A stretch of DNA of 64,000 bases from a virus: IMG/VR virus record IMGVR_UViG_3300045988_175377. One strand, given 5' to 3'. Shown here piece after piece: positions 1-9,150 of the stretch. The notes under the pieces were generated by a model. It was not told where the DNA came from. It did not search any database and saw only the letters and a program-made list of their open reading frames with translations. A program made the position numbers and the translations under genes. Numbering within the stretch: position 1 is the stretch's first letter; each line of letters opens with the position of its first letter.

Positions 1-34
1 TGGAAACTGTTCATCGGGTTCCGCAGGAAGCTTC

Positions 35-223
35 CTACCTTGTATTGCCAGTCGCGTTCTGCCTCGTGCAGTGTTGCGAATCCGTTTCCTCCAGTCGTTT
101 GCAATCCGTGTTCATCCAGACATAGGTGGGAGTATTCCCAGCCTTTAGGTCGGTAGAGTAGGTACCCGTCCCACATTCCGCACATTTCGTTTTTGGCCTG
201 ATATCTGAATTTCGGGGTTCCAC
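35..223 (-). CDS. hypothetical small protein (62 aa)
   Basis: ORF at the distal end of the minus-strand array; no recognisable domain. Confidence 0.2.
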   Translation of the reverse strand: MEPRNSDIRPKTKCAECGTGTYSTDLKAGNTPTYVWMNTDCKRLEETDSQHCTRQNATGNTR

Positions 224-250
224 TGCAACATGGGCAGGTGAGCAGATTCT

Positions 251-505
251 TCACGACTGTTCCTCTCTGGTTTCCAGCAGTTTGTCCAGTTTTTCTTCGA
301 TGCTTTCCAACCGCAGTCGCAACGCTTGCTGATTTTCGTAGATAGCCGCAACCTCGCCAGAAACCGCATAGCTTTTGTCGCCATACATGTCGTGCTTGTT
401 GTCGGCTTGTTTCTCAAGCTTCGCTATCTCCCGCTCCCGTTGCGACGGCTTGCGTGATTTCAGATAGTCCCTGCATTCGGGATTGAACATGTCCTCATAC
501 CCCAT
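251..505 (-). CDS. hypothetical coiled-coil protein (84 aa)
   Basis: Start codon abuts the stop of the upstream exonuclease gene (505/506); Glu/Lys/Leu-rich coiled-coil composition. Confidence 0.4.
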   Translation of the reverse strand: MGYEDMFNPECRDYLKSRKPSQREREIAKLEKQADNKHDMYGDKSYAVSGEVAAIYENQQALRLRLESIEEKLDKLLETREEQS

Positions 506-1090
506 TCAGCGTCCAAACTCCTCTCTACGCATAGCCTCATACAGCATGTTCTCCTGAGTCGCGTCAGACAAGGCACGATGCTCCTCCACGTCACCGATAC
601 CATAGTCGCGGATAAGCACGGCAACCTTATGGCTCGGCTTTTCGGGATGGATTTTCCGACTCATTTCCAACGTGTCCACGAACCGGTGCGGGAAGAAGAA
701 CATTCCACCGTTCACGGTTTTCATGGCCGCGTCCAAGAAACTCAAATCGAATGACGCGTTATGCGCCATGATGATGGTTCGCGGGCCAATCCACTTGTCG
801 AATCGGATGATGGCTTGGCTTACGTCGGGTTGTCCGACGACCATACTGTCGTTGATTCCGGTGAGCGAGGTGATGTATTCGGGGATTGGCTGGTGTGGGT
901 CAATCAGTTGCTCGTATCGGTCTACGAGTTTTCCGTCATGGATTTTCACGGCTCCGATTTCAATGAGTTTAGCCCCGTTTTCAGGTTTGAAACCGGTGGT
1001 TTCGGTATCCAAGACCACGTAATCGTAGAGTGGTGTTTTCATTGGGTCGATTCTTCTGGGGTCTCGACTTTGGTATTTGTCCCAGCTCAT
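506..1090 (-). CDS. DnaQ-like 3'-5' exonuclease (DEDDh, DNA pol III epsilon-like)
   Basis: Motifs VVLDTETTG (Exo I), HNASFDLSFLD (Exo II), HRALSDA (Exo III); preceded by motif copy 1. Confidence 0.7.
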   Translation of the reverse strand: MSWDKYQSRDPRRIDPMKTPLYDYVVLDTETTGFKPENGAKLIEIGAVKIHDGKLVDRYEQLIDPHQPIPEYITSLTGINDSMVVGQPDVSQAIIRFDKWIGPRTIIMAHNASFDLSFLDAAMKTVNGGMFFFPHRFVDTLEMSRKIHPEKPSHKVAVLIRDYGIGDVEEHRALSDATQENMLYEAMRREEFGR

Positions 1091-1111
1091 GGTGTGGTCT
1101 CCTCGGGTAAT

Positions 1112-1140
1112 TGAATGTGTGGACGTTTCTAGTATAACGC
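1112..1140 (-). promoter_or_regulatory. conserved promoter/leader motif, copy 1 (variant: TATACTAGAAACGTCCACACA)
   Basis: Gene-orientation read GTTATACTAGAAACGTCCACACATTC...GAGGAG..ATG upstream of the exonuclease gene; same variant as the copy at 37121. Confidence 0.5.
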
Positions 1141-1410
1141 CTATTTGGTGATGGCCTTGACACGCCCGTCCAGAACCGTTCTCACGACATCCTCGAAGTC
1201 CGTGCCGTCAGGCAATAGGTGGGAGTCTTGGAGGGTTCCGATAATCTTCAACAGTTCCGTATGCCCGTGCGGAGTGCGCTTATAGTCGCGGGTCGCACCC
1301 GCCTTGTATGCGCGACGCAACTGCAACGCCAACTGCTCCCGTGTGAGCGTGATGAAGTCTCCTTCCTCGATGGGATACCGTTCTTCCAGTTCTTCGTTGA
1401 GAATGCTCAT
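1141..1410 (-). CDS. hypothetical protein (~89 aa)
   Basis: ORF with internal Met start MSILNEELEERY preceded by an A-rich RBS region. Confidence 0.4.
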   Translation of the reverse strand: MSILNEELEERYPIEEGDFITLTREQLALQLRRAYKAGATRDYKRTPHGHTELLKIIGTLQDSHLLPDGTDFEDVVRTVLDGRVKAITK

Positions 1411-1435
1411 TTTTTTGTTTTTCCTTTCTGTTTTT

Positions 1436-1831
1436 TCAGACGTACATTCCCTCATGCCAGCCGTGTAGCAAACCCCATTCGGATAGTTTCCGGAACCATT
1501 TCTCGCATTCGTCAGCCACCTTGTTGGGATAATCCAACGTCGGGTTCACGTTGAGTAAATACTGGTAGTCGTAGGGTTGGCAGAAGTTCTCGTCCAACAC
1601 GTCAATCTGCCAGTCGCTACCGTCCTTGGCAATCTCGACATTCAATGTCATGTCATGGTCGGGGGAGACTGAACGGCAGAGGTACCAATACCCCTCACGG
1701 TGGTCGGTGAACCCCAGTCGGCGCATGGTCGAATCTTCGGCGGAACTCATGCTAAGCGCCGCATTGTTCTGATGCTTCGTGTAGGTGACGCCTATGGTCG
1801 AGAATCGAGGCGTGTTCTGATTGTCGGACAT
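1436..1831 (-). CDS. hypothetical protein (131 aa)
   Basis: ORF in the same-strand operon; no recognisable domain. Confidence 0.4.
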   Translation of the reverse strand: MSDNQNTPRFSTIGVTYTKHQNNAALSMSSAEDSTMRRLGFTDHREGYWYLCRSVSPDHDMTLNVEIAKDGSDWQIDVLDENFCQPYDYQYLLNVNPTLDYPNKVADECEKWFRKLSEWGLLHGWHEGMYV

Positions 1832-1839
1832 GTTCTCTC

Positions 1840-2211
1840 CTATTCTTCGCTTTCGCGCAAGTCGATTACCGGAATATGGGTATCGGCGGAATAGTGGACG
1901 GAATAAGGGTCGATTGTCCTATGCCGCCAACTGACACCACCTTCCACCGGCCAAGCCAACCAGCTTATGCCGTCCAAATAGTTCAGAATGCTGACGTGAG
2001 CAATCCAACGGCACCATCTTGCCGGGCATATCACGTCGAACATGGGAGTATCCTCGGTTCCCGGTCGGCAGGAATGCCGTTGCCAAGAACGAAGGCATAC
2101 GCGGTAGAGCGCATAGGAGTCATATGTTGGCAGTTCCTTGGTGTCGAATACCGCGCGAGTTGGGTGGTCATCGAAGAGGATTCGTTTGCCGAATTTAGTT
2201 GCTTGATTCAA
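1840..2211 (-). CDS. hypothetical protein (probable TTG start)
   Basis: ORF 1840..2403 begins inside motif copy 2; likely true start is a TTG after the AAAGGAGG RBS (~2211). Confidence 0.3.
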   Translation of the reverse strand: MNQATKFGKRILFDDHPTRAVFDTKELPTYDSYALYRVCLRSWQRHSCRPGTEDTPMFDVICPARWCRWIAHVSILNYLDGISWLAWPVEGGVSWRHRTIDPYSVHYSADTHIPVIDLRESEE

Positions 2212-2244
2212 TGCGTCCTCCTTTTTGGGTTTTGTCTTTGTTTT

Positions 2245-2272
2245 TGTTGTGAACAATCCCACTATAACACAA
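2245..2272 (-). promoter_or_regulatory. conserved promoter/leader motif, copy 2
   Basis: Gene-orientation TGtTATAGTGGGATTGTTCACAACAAAAAC followed by AAAGGAGG. Confidence 0.6.
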
Positions 2273-2299
2273 GGGGGTAGAAAAACGCAACACGCAAAC

Positions 2300-2755
2300 C
2301 TAAGCCAGCGTCCCGTTAAAAAAGAACTCCCTCTTCCCAACCCGATACAAACCCACACGAGAGACGGACAGACGAAAATCAAAACGACGGAAGAAACCCT
2401 CATACATCGGCAACAACTCTTCCGGCACTGTCACCAGAGGGAACCGTTCATCCAGCGATTTCAATGCATATTCGACCAGCGTGGAACCAACCCCTCGACT
2501 CCGAAAACCCTCGTAGACATACAAAGTGCAAATCTTCCGTTCAGACGGATTTCTCTTGAGAACGCAAAACCCCGCCAACTCACCGTCTATATAGGCTAAA
2601 AGAATCACACGGTCTTCCCCCAATGAGGGGAGAACCGTGCGGTCGAACCAAATATCGAAGCCGGGATAATACGTTCGGATTGTCCCCGGAATGGGAATAG
2701 AAGCCGCAGTGCCAGCGTCCCGAACTACACTAATCCTCAACGAACTCGAACACAT
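2300..2755 (-). CDS. GNAT family N-acetyltransferase
   Basis: GFCVLKRN...LYVYEGFRSRGVGSTLVEYAL matches the acetyl-CoA binding motif (R/Q-x-x-G-x-G/A) of GNAT enzymes. Confidence 0.65.
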   Translation of the reverse strand: MCSSSLRISVVRDAGTAASIPIPGTIRTYYPGFDIWFDRTVLPSLGEDRVILLAYIDGELAGFCVLKRNPSERKICTLYVYEGFRSRGVGSTLVEYALKSLDERFPLVTVPEELLPMYEGFFRRFDFRLSVSRVGLYRVGKREFFFNGTLA

Positions 2756-2975
2756 GAAAATCCGTCACACGCTCGACGTTGACATGACTCGTATCATCCG
2801 GCCAAATATATAAGACCGGCATGTAACCGGACAGTTCACGAACTGCGAGATTGCTGAAACCGTCCAAGTAGAGGGTTCCGGCCATGGGTTTGCCGTTCCA
2901 TTTGAATATCGCGGACTTGCCTTCGAATTCTTTCCAGTTGATTCCGTCTTGATAGGGAAGTTCTTTTAAGGCCAT
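2730..2975 (-). CDS. hypothetical protein (81 aa)
   Basis: ORF overlapping the GNAT start by 26 nt; operon member. Confidence 0.4.
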   Translation of the reverse strand: MALKELPYQDGINWKEFEGKSAIFKWNGKPMAGTLYLDGFSNLAVRELSGYMPVLYIWPDDTSHVNVERVTDFHVFEFVED

Positions 2976-3056
2976 TGGTTTTCCTTTTTTGGTGTGGGCT
3001 ATCTCACTCTAACACAACAGGGGTAATGCAAAGAACGAAAAACCACCTTCCCACAC

Positions 3057-3332
3057 TTAGAATTCCGGCTCCTCAACATTCAACAACACCAGTTTCGGAC
3101 GGCGGCGCAGAATCCTGCAATCCTCTGCCCACGCGTCCAAAATTTCGCAAGCCAATACGGGTGCTTCCGGAGCCAGAGTAGGCATGGTGTTCAGAATCGA
3201 CTGGACGGAGTCTAAGTCTGCGAAGGGAAGTTCCGTCGCATTATTGGCTGCATCCAAAAGATAGTGGGGCATTCGTGCTCCTTCCAAAAATTGAAAAGAA
3301 AAAGCCTGTGGGCAACGATTTTCCACAGGCAT
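3057..3332 (-). CDS. hypothetical protein (91 aa)
   Basis: ORF only. Confidence 0.35.
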   Translation of the reverse strand: MPVENRCPQAFSFQFLEGARMPHYLLDAANNATELPFADLDSVQSILNTMPTLAPEAPVLACEILDAWAEDCRILRRRPKLVLLNVEEPEF

Positions 3333-3600
3333 TCTTAGCTTATTATTCGATTTCGCGAGGCTTCAGAACTTTGTCTGAAACACCAGCGCAATCGCGCTCA
3401 ATAATAGACTTTTTTACCGACTTTTATTCGTCGCACAAGTCGGTGTTGCGTCTGCCATATTCGTTTCGTTTCTTGGCTTGCGGATTCCAAGCGCTACCTG
3501 CATCCCATTCGATGTGAGTGGAACGGTTTTCCCTGTGAGTGTTGTTCTTGTTGGCATTGCCGGTGTTAATCCAGTCGTGGTTGCTCATTTTTTTCTACTT

Positions 3601-3975
3601 TCAGTAGCAGTCATCGCACCAACCGGTGTCCCCGCACGGATTCTCGTTTTCGTCGGTTAGCAGACAACCGCAACCGCTGCAATACATGTTGTCCGGATTG
3701 TCGGACGAAGCGAAAGAACCTTCCCTGACAATGTTACCAGCCAAGTCGGTGATGGTGTAGATTGCCCGAGTGTCGGCTTCCGGTGCGGGATAGCCGGACA
3801 TGCCTAGAATCCTGTTGTACACGTTCGTCAGTAGAGTGCGAACGTTTCCCACCTGACGAGTCCCATTCAGAATGGGAGCCGTCAAATGGTCGAAGAATCC
3901 TACCGTCGTATCCCAAGAATGCTGACCTTCGTGGATTTCAATTTCCAGCTTTTCCTTGCCGTCCGTGAATCGCAT
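3601..3975 (-). CDS. hypothetical Cys-rich protein (124 aa)
   Basis: C-terminal CSGCGCLL...CGDTGWCDDCY cysteine cluster; start 10 nt after the upstream stop. Confidence 0.4.
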   Translation of the reverse strand: MRFTDGKEKLEIEIHEGQHSWDTTVGFFDHLTAPILNGTRQVGNVRTLLTNVYNRILGMSGYPAPEADTRAIYTITDLAGNIVREGSFASSDNPDNMYCSGCGCLLTDENENPCGDTGWCDDCY

Positions 3976-3985
3976 TTTCGTTTTT

Positions 3986-4348
3986 CTACAATTCCCTCAT
4001 GGCCTTGTCTAAATCGGACACAATCGCGTCATACAGTCCGTCAACATCCAACGATTCCAGCTTGTGCGACGGCAAATCCACGGGAGTGTATTCCCCGTCG
4101 TCGAAAGTCCAATGCTCGACCGAAACCGTGTATACTCCTCCACTCCAACGGTAGGAACGTCTGCCGTTATGTTGCGAGTCTGCCACAAGATAGTATTCGA
4201 ACATCTTGCCCATGTATGGGCATTGGAATGCGACTTCGATTCCGTCTCCGAAGATGGCGTGGGTGGCGTGTGCGCCGGTCACGTATGGGATTTTGACAAG
4301 CTTGTCAATGAGTTTCCGATAGGTGTCTTCGCTGATTTTCGAGTACAT
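3986..4348 (-). CDS. hypothetical protein (120 aa)
   Basis: ORF; operon member. Confidence 0.45.
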   Translation of the reverse strand: MYSKISEDTYRKLIDKLVKIPYVTGAHATHAIFGDGIEVAFQCPYMGKMFEYYLVADSQHNGRRSYRWSGGVYTVSVEHWTFDDGEYTPVDLPSHKLESLDVDGLYDAIVSDLDKAMREL

Positions 4349-4411
4349 TCTGATTGTCCTTTTTTCGTGTGGTCGGTTTTGTGTGGTTGGGGTTTTTGTG
4401 GCGATTGTTTT

Positions 4412-4672
4412 TCAGCAACAGTATTCGTTGACTGCGTTGACGAGTTCAGCCATGCTCATGCCGTACACGTCGCTGTGGTGGGCGTAGATGTCTTTTGCGA
4501 AGAGTCTGTTTTGCATGACGTCGCGGGCTTCGGCGCTTTGTGCGAGTTTTACGCTTTCGGGGAATGTGCCTGTGGGGTTGTCATTGATTTGTTTGGCGTA
4601 TTCGATGGCTTGGGCTTTGGGCATTTTCCTTACGTTCATTGCGCCGCCGATGTAGTGGATTGCGTACATGTT
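4412..4672 (-). CDS. hypothetical protein (~86 aa, start MYAIHYIGG)
   Basis: ORF 4412..4798 extends through motif copy 3 (N-terminal YSGIVHTK is a motif translation artefact); real start is the ATG after the AAAGGAGC RBS. Confidence 0.4.
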   Translation of the reverse strand, partial: NMYAIHYIGGAMNVRKMPKAQAIEYAKQINDNPTGTFPESVKLAQSAEARDVMQNRLFAKDIYAHHSDVYGMSMAELVNAVNEYCC

Positions 4673-4694
4673 ATGTGCTCCTTTTTGCCTATCG

Positions 4695-4725
4695 CTCTTT
4701 GTGTGAACAATTCCACTATAGCACA
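4695..4725 (-). promoter_or_regulatory. conserved promoter/leader motif, copy 3
   Basis: TGcTATAGTGGAATTGTTCACACAAAGAG in gene orientation. Confidence 0.6.
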
Positions 4726-4801
4726 CTTGAGAGAAACCGCAAAACCCCAAAAAACAAAAGCAGGACACCAAAACAGCATCCCGCCTCCCCTCCATCAAAC
4801 C

Positions 4802-5767
4802 TCAATCGGACAAACCGGCACGGGCACGCATCTTGCGTTTAATCTCGCTACCCTTGGCAAACAAGCGCTCCATACGGGCCACGGTCTGCAACGCCTTCTT
4901 ATACTCCTCCAATCGAGAAGAGATTTGCCAATTACGAGGTTCCGCCAACGACTCCTCAATCAGAGAATCGGGAACATCCCACATAAAGGACATAATCCAA
5001 CGGCGGTTTTCCCCGCCCATGCGACGCCACAAGCGCACGGCACGCTTACCTTTGACCCATTCCGGATTATTAAACAAGACTTGGATGGCGGATTCGTCGG
5101 AGAGGGAGTCCAGCAATGGGTCTATGTCCGTTTCTTCCGCCAATGGTGCCGATAGGGCGCGAATGGTTTCGTCTTCGCTTTTTACCCAATGCTCGAAGCA
5201 GAGCCTATCGGCCAGCTTGTTTTCCACCATGTAGCGGATAACGTCGTAATCCGTCTCCTCCCAGTACATGCTTGCAACGGTATGCTTTGCGGCGAGCTTG
5301 CGTAGTTCGGGGTCTTTGTCCTTGGCGAGACCAATCGCGGTCTTATAGTTAAGCTTTCCCTTGTATTCCAAATAGTCGGCCACTTTGCGGCGAACGTCAC
5401 GACTCCGGTCTTTCAACACGGTTTCACGCAGTCCGTCGTATATTTTTCCGTCCTCGATTTTCATGTTGTACTTCAACTTGCAGTTGATGTAGTAGTGACG
5501 GAATGGTAGGGGGAGCAGAAATATTCTTCCACTCCGGTAGATGTTCTTGATGCTTTCCAGCAGGTCGATTCCCTTGTTGGTAAGCTTCCAACGGTCGTGT
5601 TCCTTGGTCAGTTCGATTAGGTTGGCTTCCTTGATTTTGTCTAAGGGCTTCTGGTCGATGTATGCGCTCAGTCGTTGCGAGTGGGTTTCGTTGTCGAAGT
5701 CCTCGAAGTAGTAGACGAGGTTGGCGTTCCACTTTTTGGTGAGAGTTTTGATTTCGTTGTTGTCCAT
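4802..5767 (-). CDS. hypothetical protein, paralog A (N-terminal winged-helix-like region plus HEAT/armadillo-like helical repeats)
   Basis: 321 aa; shares architecture and C-terminal RLEEY...FAKGSEIKRK block with the 6215..7156 product. Confidence 0.5.
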   Translation of the reverse strand: MDNNEIKTLTKKWNANLVYYFEDFDNETHSQRLSAYIDQKPLDKIKEANLIELTKEHDRWKLTNKGIDLLESIKNIYRSGRIFLLPLPFRHYYINCKLKYNMKIEDGKIYDGLRETVLKDRSRDVRRKVADYLEYKGKLNYKTAIGLAKDKDPELRKLAAKHTVASMYWEETDYDVIRYMVENKLADRLCFEHWVKSEDETIRALSAPLAEETDIDPLLDSLSDESAIQVLFNNPEWVKGKRAVRLWRRMGGENRRWIMSFMWDVPDSLIEESLAEPRNWQISSRLEEYKKALQTVARMERLFAKGSEIKRKMRARAGLSD

Positions 5768-5778
5768 GGTTTCTCCTT

Positions 5779-5805
5779 TTCTGGTATATCTTGTGTGAAC
5801 AATTC
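5779..5805 (-). promoter_or_regulatory. conserved promoter/leader motif, copy 4
   Basis: TGaTATACTGGAATTGTTCACACAAGA. Confidence 0.6.
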
Positions 5806-5906
5806 CAGTATATCATATTTAAGAGAAAGCGCAAAAGCGCAAAAAACAAAAAGCCGTGCAAATACAAAAAGCATTCACATGACTCGGAAATTTTTCCCAC
5901 TATTAG

Positions 5907-6203
5907 TTAGTCAAAGTCCGACGGTTCACCATTGACGTAGTTTAAAAACTGGTCGAAGGCATATTGCGCGGTATCTTCATAACGGCATGGCTTCGGCTGT
6001 GCGTTCTTTTCCTGCTCTTTCTGCTCTATCAACTGGTCTATTTGGCTTTGCTCATTGCGGTGCTGCCATGAAAGTGGTTCGTTGCCTTGGGCTAGGTTCT
6101 CATACACCGTGTATTCGTGCCCGCGATAGCTGTAGACAAGATAGACCATATGTGCGTCGTATCCGTGCCCGTAGTATTTTCTGATAAATGTCGCTTTTCG
6201 CAT
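5907..6203 (-). CDS. hypothetical protein (~98 aa)
   Basis: Internal Met start MRKATFIRKYYGHGYD just downstream of the paralog B stop. Confidence 0.35.
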   Translation of the reverse strand: MRKATFIRKYYGHGYDAHMVYLVYSYRGHEYTVYENLAQGNEPLSWQHRNEQSQIDQLIEQKEQEKNAQPKPCRYEDTAQYAFDQFLNYVNGEPSDFD

Positions 6204-6214
6204 TGCTATCCCTT

Positions 6215-7156
6215 TCAACCAATCTCGCGCTCGGCACGCTCCCAAATCTTCCGGCGAATCTCACTGTCCTCGGAGAACATCGTACCCAACTCCAACACTT
6301 GACGGACAGCTTCTCGGTATTCCTCCAAACGGTCATGCAAGGCCATGTACGCGTCGCTTTTGAACGCCTGATTGATGAATGAGTCCGGCATGTCGCGCAT
6401 GACCTTGACCAGCCTGTAACGTCCCGCCTCGTCCGCGTTCTCCCAAGCGTTCATGACTCGTTCACGCGTGGCCCACTGCGGCTTGCAGGCCAGTACATGC
6501 GCCACATCCTGTGAGTCGAGGCGGGCCAACACTTCATCCACCTTGCCGTCTTCGGTCAGAAGAGCCGCCTGAACGCGAATCTGACTGTTGGGATTGTCCA
6601 GCCAATGTTCGACGCATTCCTCATCGAAATTATGGTTATAGATAAGAGTCTTGACCACGCGCTCGTCCGACTCCTCGAAGAAGAGGTGAGGGTCTGCGTT
6701 CTTTGCCGCCATGAGTCGAATCTGATAATCCTCGTCGTGGGCCAAACCGTTCGACGTTTCCTTGTCGAGCTTGCTGAACTTGTTGAGCATTGTGGCCGCT
6801 TTCTTGCGAATCTCGGCGCTCCTGTCATGTAGGGCAACTTTGGATAGTTCCTTGACGGGTAGTTTCTTTTCGTCGTATACGCGCCAGTCGAAGTAGTAGT
6901 TACGGACTTTCAGGGGTAGTTCGGAGAGTTTGCCGGAGTTGAAATGCTGTCTGATGTTGGCGAGTTCGTCTTCGCCTGTTTGGGTGAGAGTCCAGTCGCC
7001 CGTCTCGTTTTCCTGAATGAGTCCGGCTTTGGCGAGTTTGGTGATGTCGCGGTCGGGGAATACTCGGCGTTCGGGTTCACGCTCGAATCGCATGAATTCG
7101 TAGACTGCGGTTTCGTTCCAGTTGATGTCGCTCATTTTTTGCTCCTTGGCTTCCAT
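6215..7156 (-). CDS. hypothetical protein, paralog B (HEAT-like repeat protein)
   Basis: Start MEAKEQKMSDINW after motif copy 5; paralog of 4802..5767. Confidence 0.5.
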   Translation of the reverse strand: MEAKEQKMSDINWNETAVYEFMRFEREPERRVFPDRDITKLAKAGLIQENETGDWTLTQTGEDELANIRQHFNSGKLSELPLKVRNYYFDWRVYDEKKLPVKELSKVALHDRSAEIRKKAATMLNKFSKLDKETSNGLAHDEDYQIRLMAAKNADPHLFFEESDERVVKTLIYNHNFDEECVEHWLDNPNSQIRVQAALLTEDGKVDEVLARLDSQDVAHVLACKPQWATRERVMNAWENADEAGRYRLVKVMRDMPDSFINQAFKSDAYMALHDRLEEYREAVRQVLELGTMFSEDSEIRRKIWERAEREIG

Positions 7157-7157
7157 A

Positions 7158-7185
7158 TTTTTGTGTGAACAATTCCAGTATACAA
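7158..7185 (-). promoter_or_regulatory. conserved promoter/leader motif, copy 5
   Basis: TTGTATACTGGAATTGTTCACACAAAAAT. Confidence 0.6.
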
Positions 7186-7261
7186 TTTGCTTGGACAAAA
7201 CACGCTAAAAAACAAAAAAGCGGGAACTACAGCAACAAGCCAATAATCCCCGCAAACCCAA

Positions 7262-7480
7262 TCAGCAGACGCTCGCGGAACCATCATCGCAAAGAGAGCA
7301 TAACAGGCAACCGATGCCGTTAATATCCCTTGTCAGATGCACGCCCTTGGTGGAGCCGCACTCCTCACAACGAATGCCACTGCGCTTACGAGCGGTATTG
7401 GGAGTGCGGGAGAGGGCAGACCCACGACGGTAGGTTTCCTTCCTTGGCGTGCCTATGACGTATTCCACACCGTCCAACAC
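7262..7480 (-). CDS. hypothetical small zinc-ribbon-like ORF, possibly the 3' remnant of an IS-disrupted gene
   Basis: CEECGS...CLLCSLC Cys pairs; lies between the motif-5 promoter and the left end of the IS. Confidence 0.2.
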   Translation of the reverse strand: MLDGVEYVIGTPRKETYRRGSALSRTPNTARKRSGIRCEECGSTKGVHLTRDINGIGCLLCSLCDDGSASVC

Positions 7481-7499
7481 GAACGGCTTGCTGACCTTG

Positions 7500-9150
7500 A
7501 CGGTTTTGTTGCGTGTAAGCCCGGTATTTTAATGCCGGGTTTGCACGCTATGCGTGTTTTTTGTTGATTACTCAAGGTATATGGTATCATATTGGTATGA
7601 GCCAAAAAGTACGAATCCTGAAAGTCCGGCATGCGGGGTGCAGTGTGTTCCTCGGCTTGGACTCTTACGGGAATCGTATGTGGACTCGTAGTCCGGAACG
7701 TATCATGGACTGGTTGTGCGACGGGTGGAGAAGCCGGTACAACCAGCATAGGGCGCATCGTCCCCAGCGTAGGCTCGTGGAGGATGTCGAAACCCGTGAG
7801 CGTATTTGGGTGGACGTGCCTTTGGGCGGCGCGGATGTGAAGCCCGCAGTCAAGGACAGTCAGGCACGATTGGATTGTCTTTGGCTGGCGTGCATCCCCT
7901 CGCCTATCCTCTCCTCGTGCGAACGTGTCGAGAATACGGGATGGTTCGCCGGATTGAAACGAAAGAAGACCAGTGGTGGCCGGGTTCCGGGTTTCCGTTC
8001 CCGTCATAAGGCTCCTCAGTATTTCGTGTGCTGGCGTAACCAGTCGAAGACCGGTAACGCCTTGTATTATCGGACGGGCAAGCGTGCCGGTGTGGTCGTC
8101 ATCACGGGCAGTGTGCCGAGACAGTATCGTCGTGAGGGTGAGAACGAGGCTCGTTGGCGTATCGCCATTCACGTGCGGGTGAGCCAACCCATTCGTGAAT
8201 ATACAAGTGTGGCGGTGAACTGGACGAACAGGACACTCGTGTTTACCAATAGTCCACTCCCTATCATCCGAACCGATACCGGTATGATGGTCGGTTTGGA
8301 TAGGGGTTGCGTGCATACCCTCGCCACGTCGGATGGACTGTTCCTCGACATGCTGCAACCGTCGGCGAAGGAAGTGGACGAGTATAAGCGTCTGCAACGC
8401 AAGCTCGCCCGACAGGACAGGACGAACGAGAAACGTGGCGGCAGGAACGCCAAATTCGCGTCCAAAAGCCGCAAGCGTACTCTCCAAGCCATGCGGAGCA
8501 TCCAACGTCGGATAGACAATCGCAAGGACGATTGGATAGCCAAAACGACCACCATGCTCGTCCGGGAATACGATTTCATCGCCATGGAACGGTTGAACGT
8601 GAAAGCCATGAGCCGAAGCGTCCGACCGAAACCAGACCCCGACAATCCGGGACATTATCTCCCCAATGGGCGGAAGAGGAAAAGCGGTTTGAACCGTAGC
8701 ATCCTCGCCAACCGTTGGACTGACCTCCTGCATTGTCTCGAATACAAAGCCAAGCTTGCGGGAACCCGACTCGTTCAGGTACCCGCCTATGACACGTCAC
8801 GCATTTGCAACGTCTGCGGATACTGCGACAAGAACAACCGTGAAAGCCAAGCGGAGTTCCACTGCCACAATTGCGGACATGAGGCGAACGCCGACGTGAA
8901 CGCGGCCAAGAACATTCTCAACCGCGCTTTAGAACCGGAAGGCACGGACGATGCCTACGAGTGGAGACAACAAGCTTCCACACTGGTGAAAACCGATGGG
9001 AAGCAACGTCGATGAAACTCAAACCCCTGCAATACCGGTCGGAATCTCTTCCATTAAAAAACATTAAGAAAGACACGTCCGACCGGCAACAGGAATCACG
9101 GGATTTCAATCCCGTGAGGAAGTCAAGATGTTCACGTGAGACACCTCGCC
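7500..9150 (+). mobile_element. IS200/IS605-family (IS1341-like, TnpB-only) insertion sequence
   Basis: TnpB ORF plus 3' structured region (GAATCACGGGATTTCAATCCCGTGAGGAAGTC hairpin) typical of omega-RNA/right end; exact ends not determined. Confidence 0.6.
7597..9015 (+). CDS. tnpB: IS605-family transposase accessory protein TnpB (RuvC-like RNA-guided nuclease)
   Basis: GLDRGCVHTLATSDG (RuvC-I), IAMERLNVKAM (RuvC-II), C-terminal zinc finger CNVCGYCDKNNRESQAEFHCHNCGHEANADVNAAKNIL. Confidence 0.8.
   Translation: MSQKVRILKVRHAGCSVFLGLDSYGNRMWTRSPERIMDWLCDGWRSRYNQHRAHRPQRRLVEDVETRERIWVDVPLGGADVKPAVKDSQARLDCLWLACIPSPILSSCERVENTGWFAGLKRKKTSGGRVPGFRSRHKAPQYFVCWRNQSKTGNALYYRTGKRAGVVVITGSVPRQYRREGENEARWRIAIHVRVSQPIREYTSVAVNWTNRTLVFTNSPLPIIRTDTGMMVGLDRGCVHTLATSDGLFLDMLQPSAKEVDEYKRLQRKLARQDRTNEKRGGRNAKFASKSRKRTLQAMRSIQRRIDNRKDDWIAKTTTMLVREYDFIAMERLNVKAMSRSVRPKPDPDNPGHYLPNGRKRKSGLNRSILANRWTDLLHCLEYKAKLAGTRLVQVPAYDTSRICNVCGYCDKNNRESQAEFHCHNCGHEANADVNAAKNILNRALEPEGTDDAYEWRQQASTLVKTDGKQRR

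Noticed and set aside
4064-5155. 363-aa plus-strand ORF spanning several minus-strand genes and a promoter element
   Set aside because: Crosses intergenic regulatory elements and is antisense to three well-supported genes; composition artefact.
7262-7480. Small Cys-containing ORF considered as a ribosomal protein (L31/S14-like) or HNH gene
   Set aside because: Cys spacing does not match those families; it is more plausibly a fragment displaced by the adjacent IS insertion, so it is kept only as a low-confidence hypothetical.
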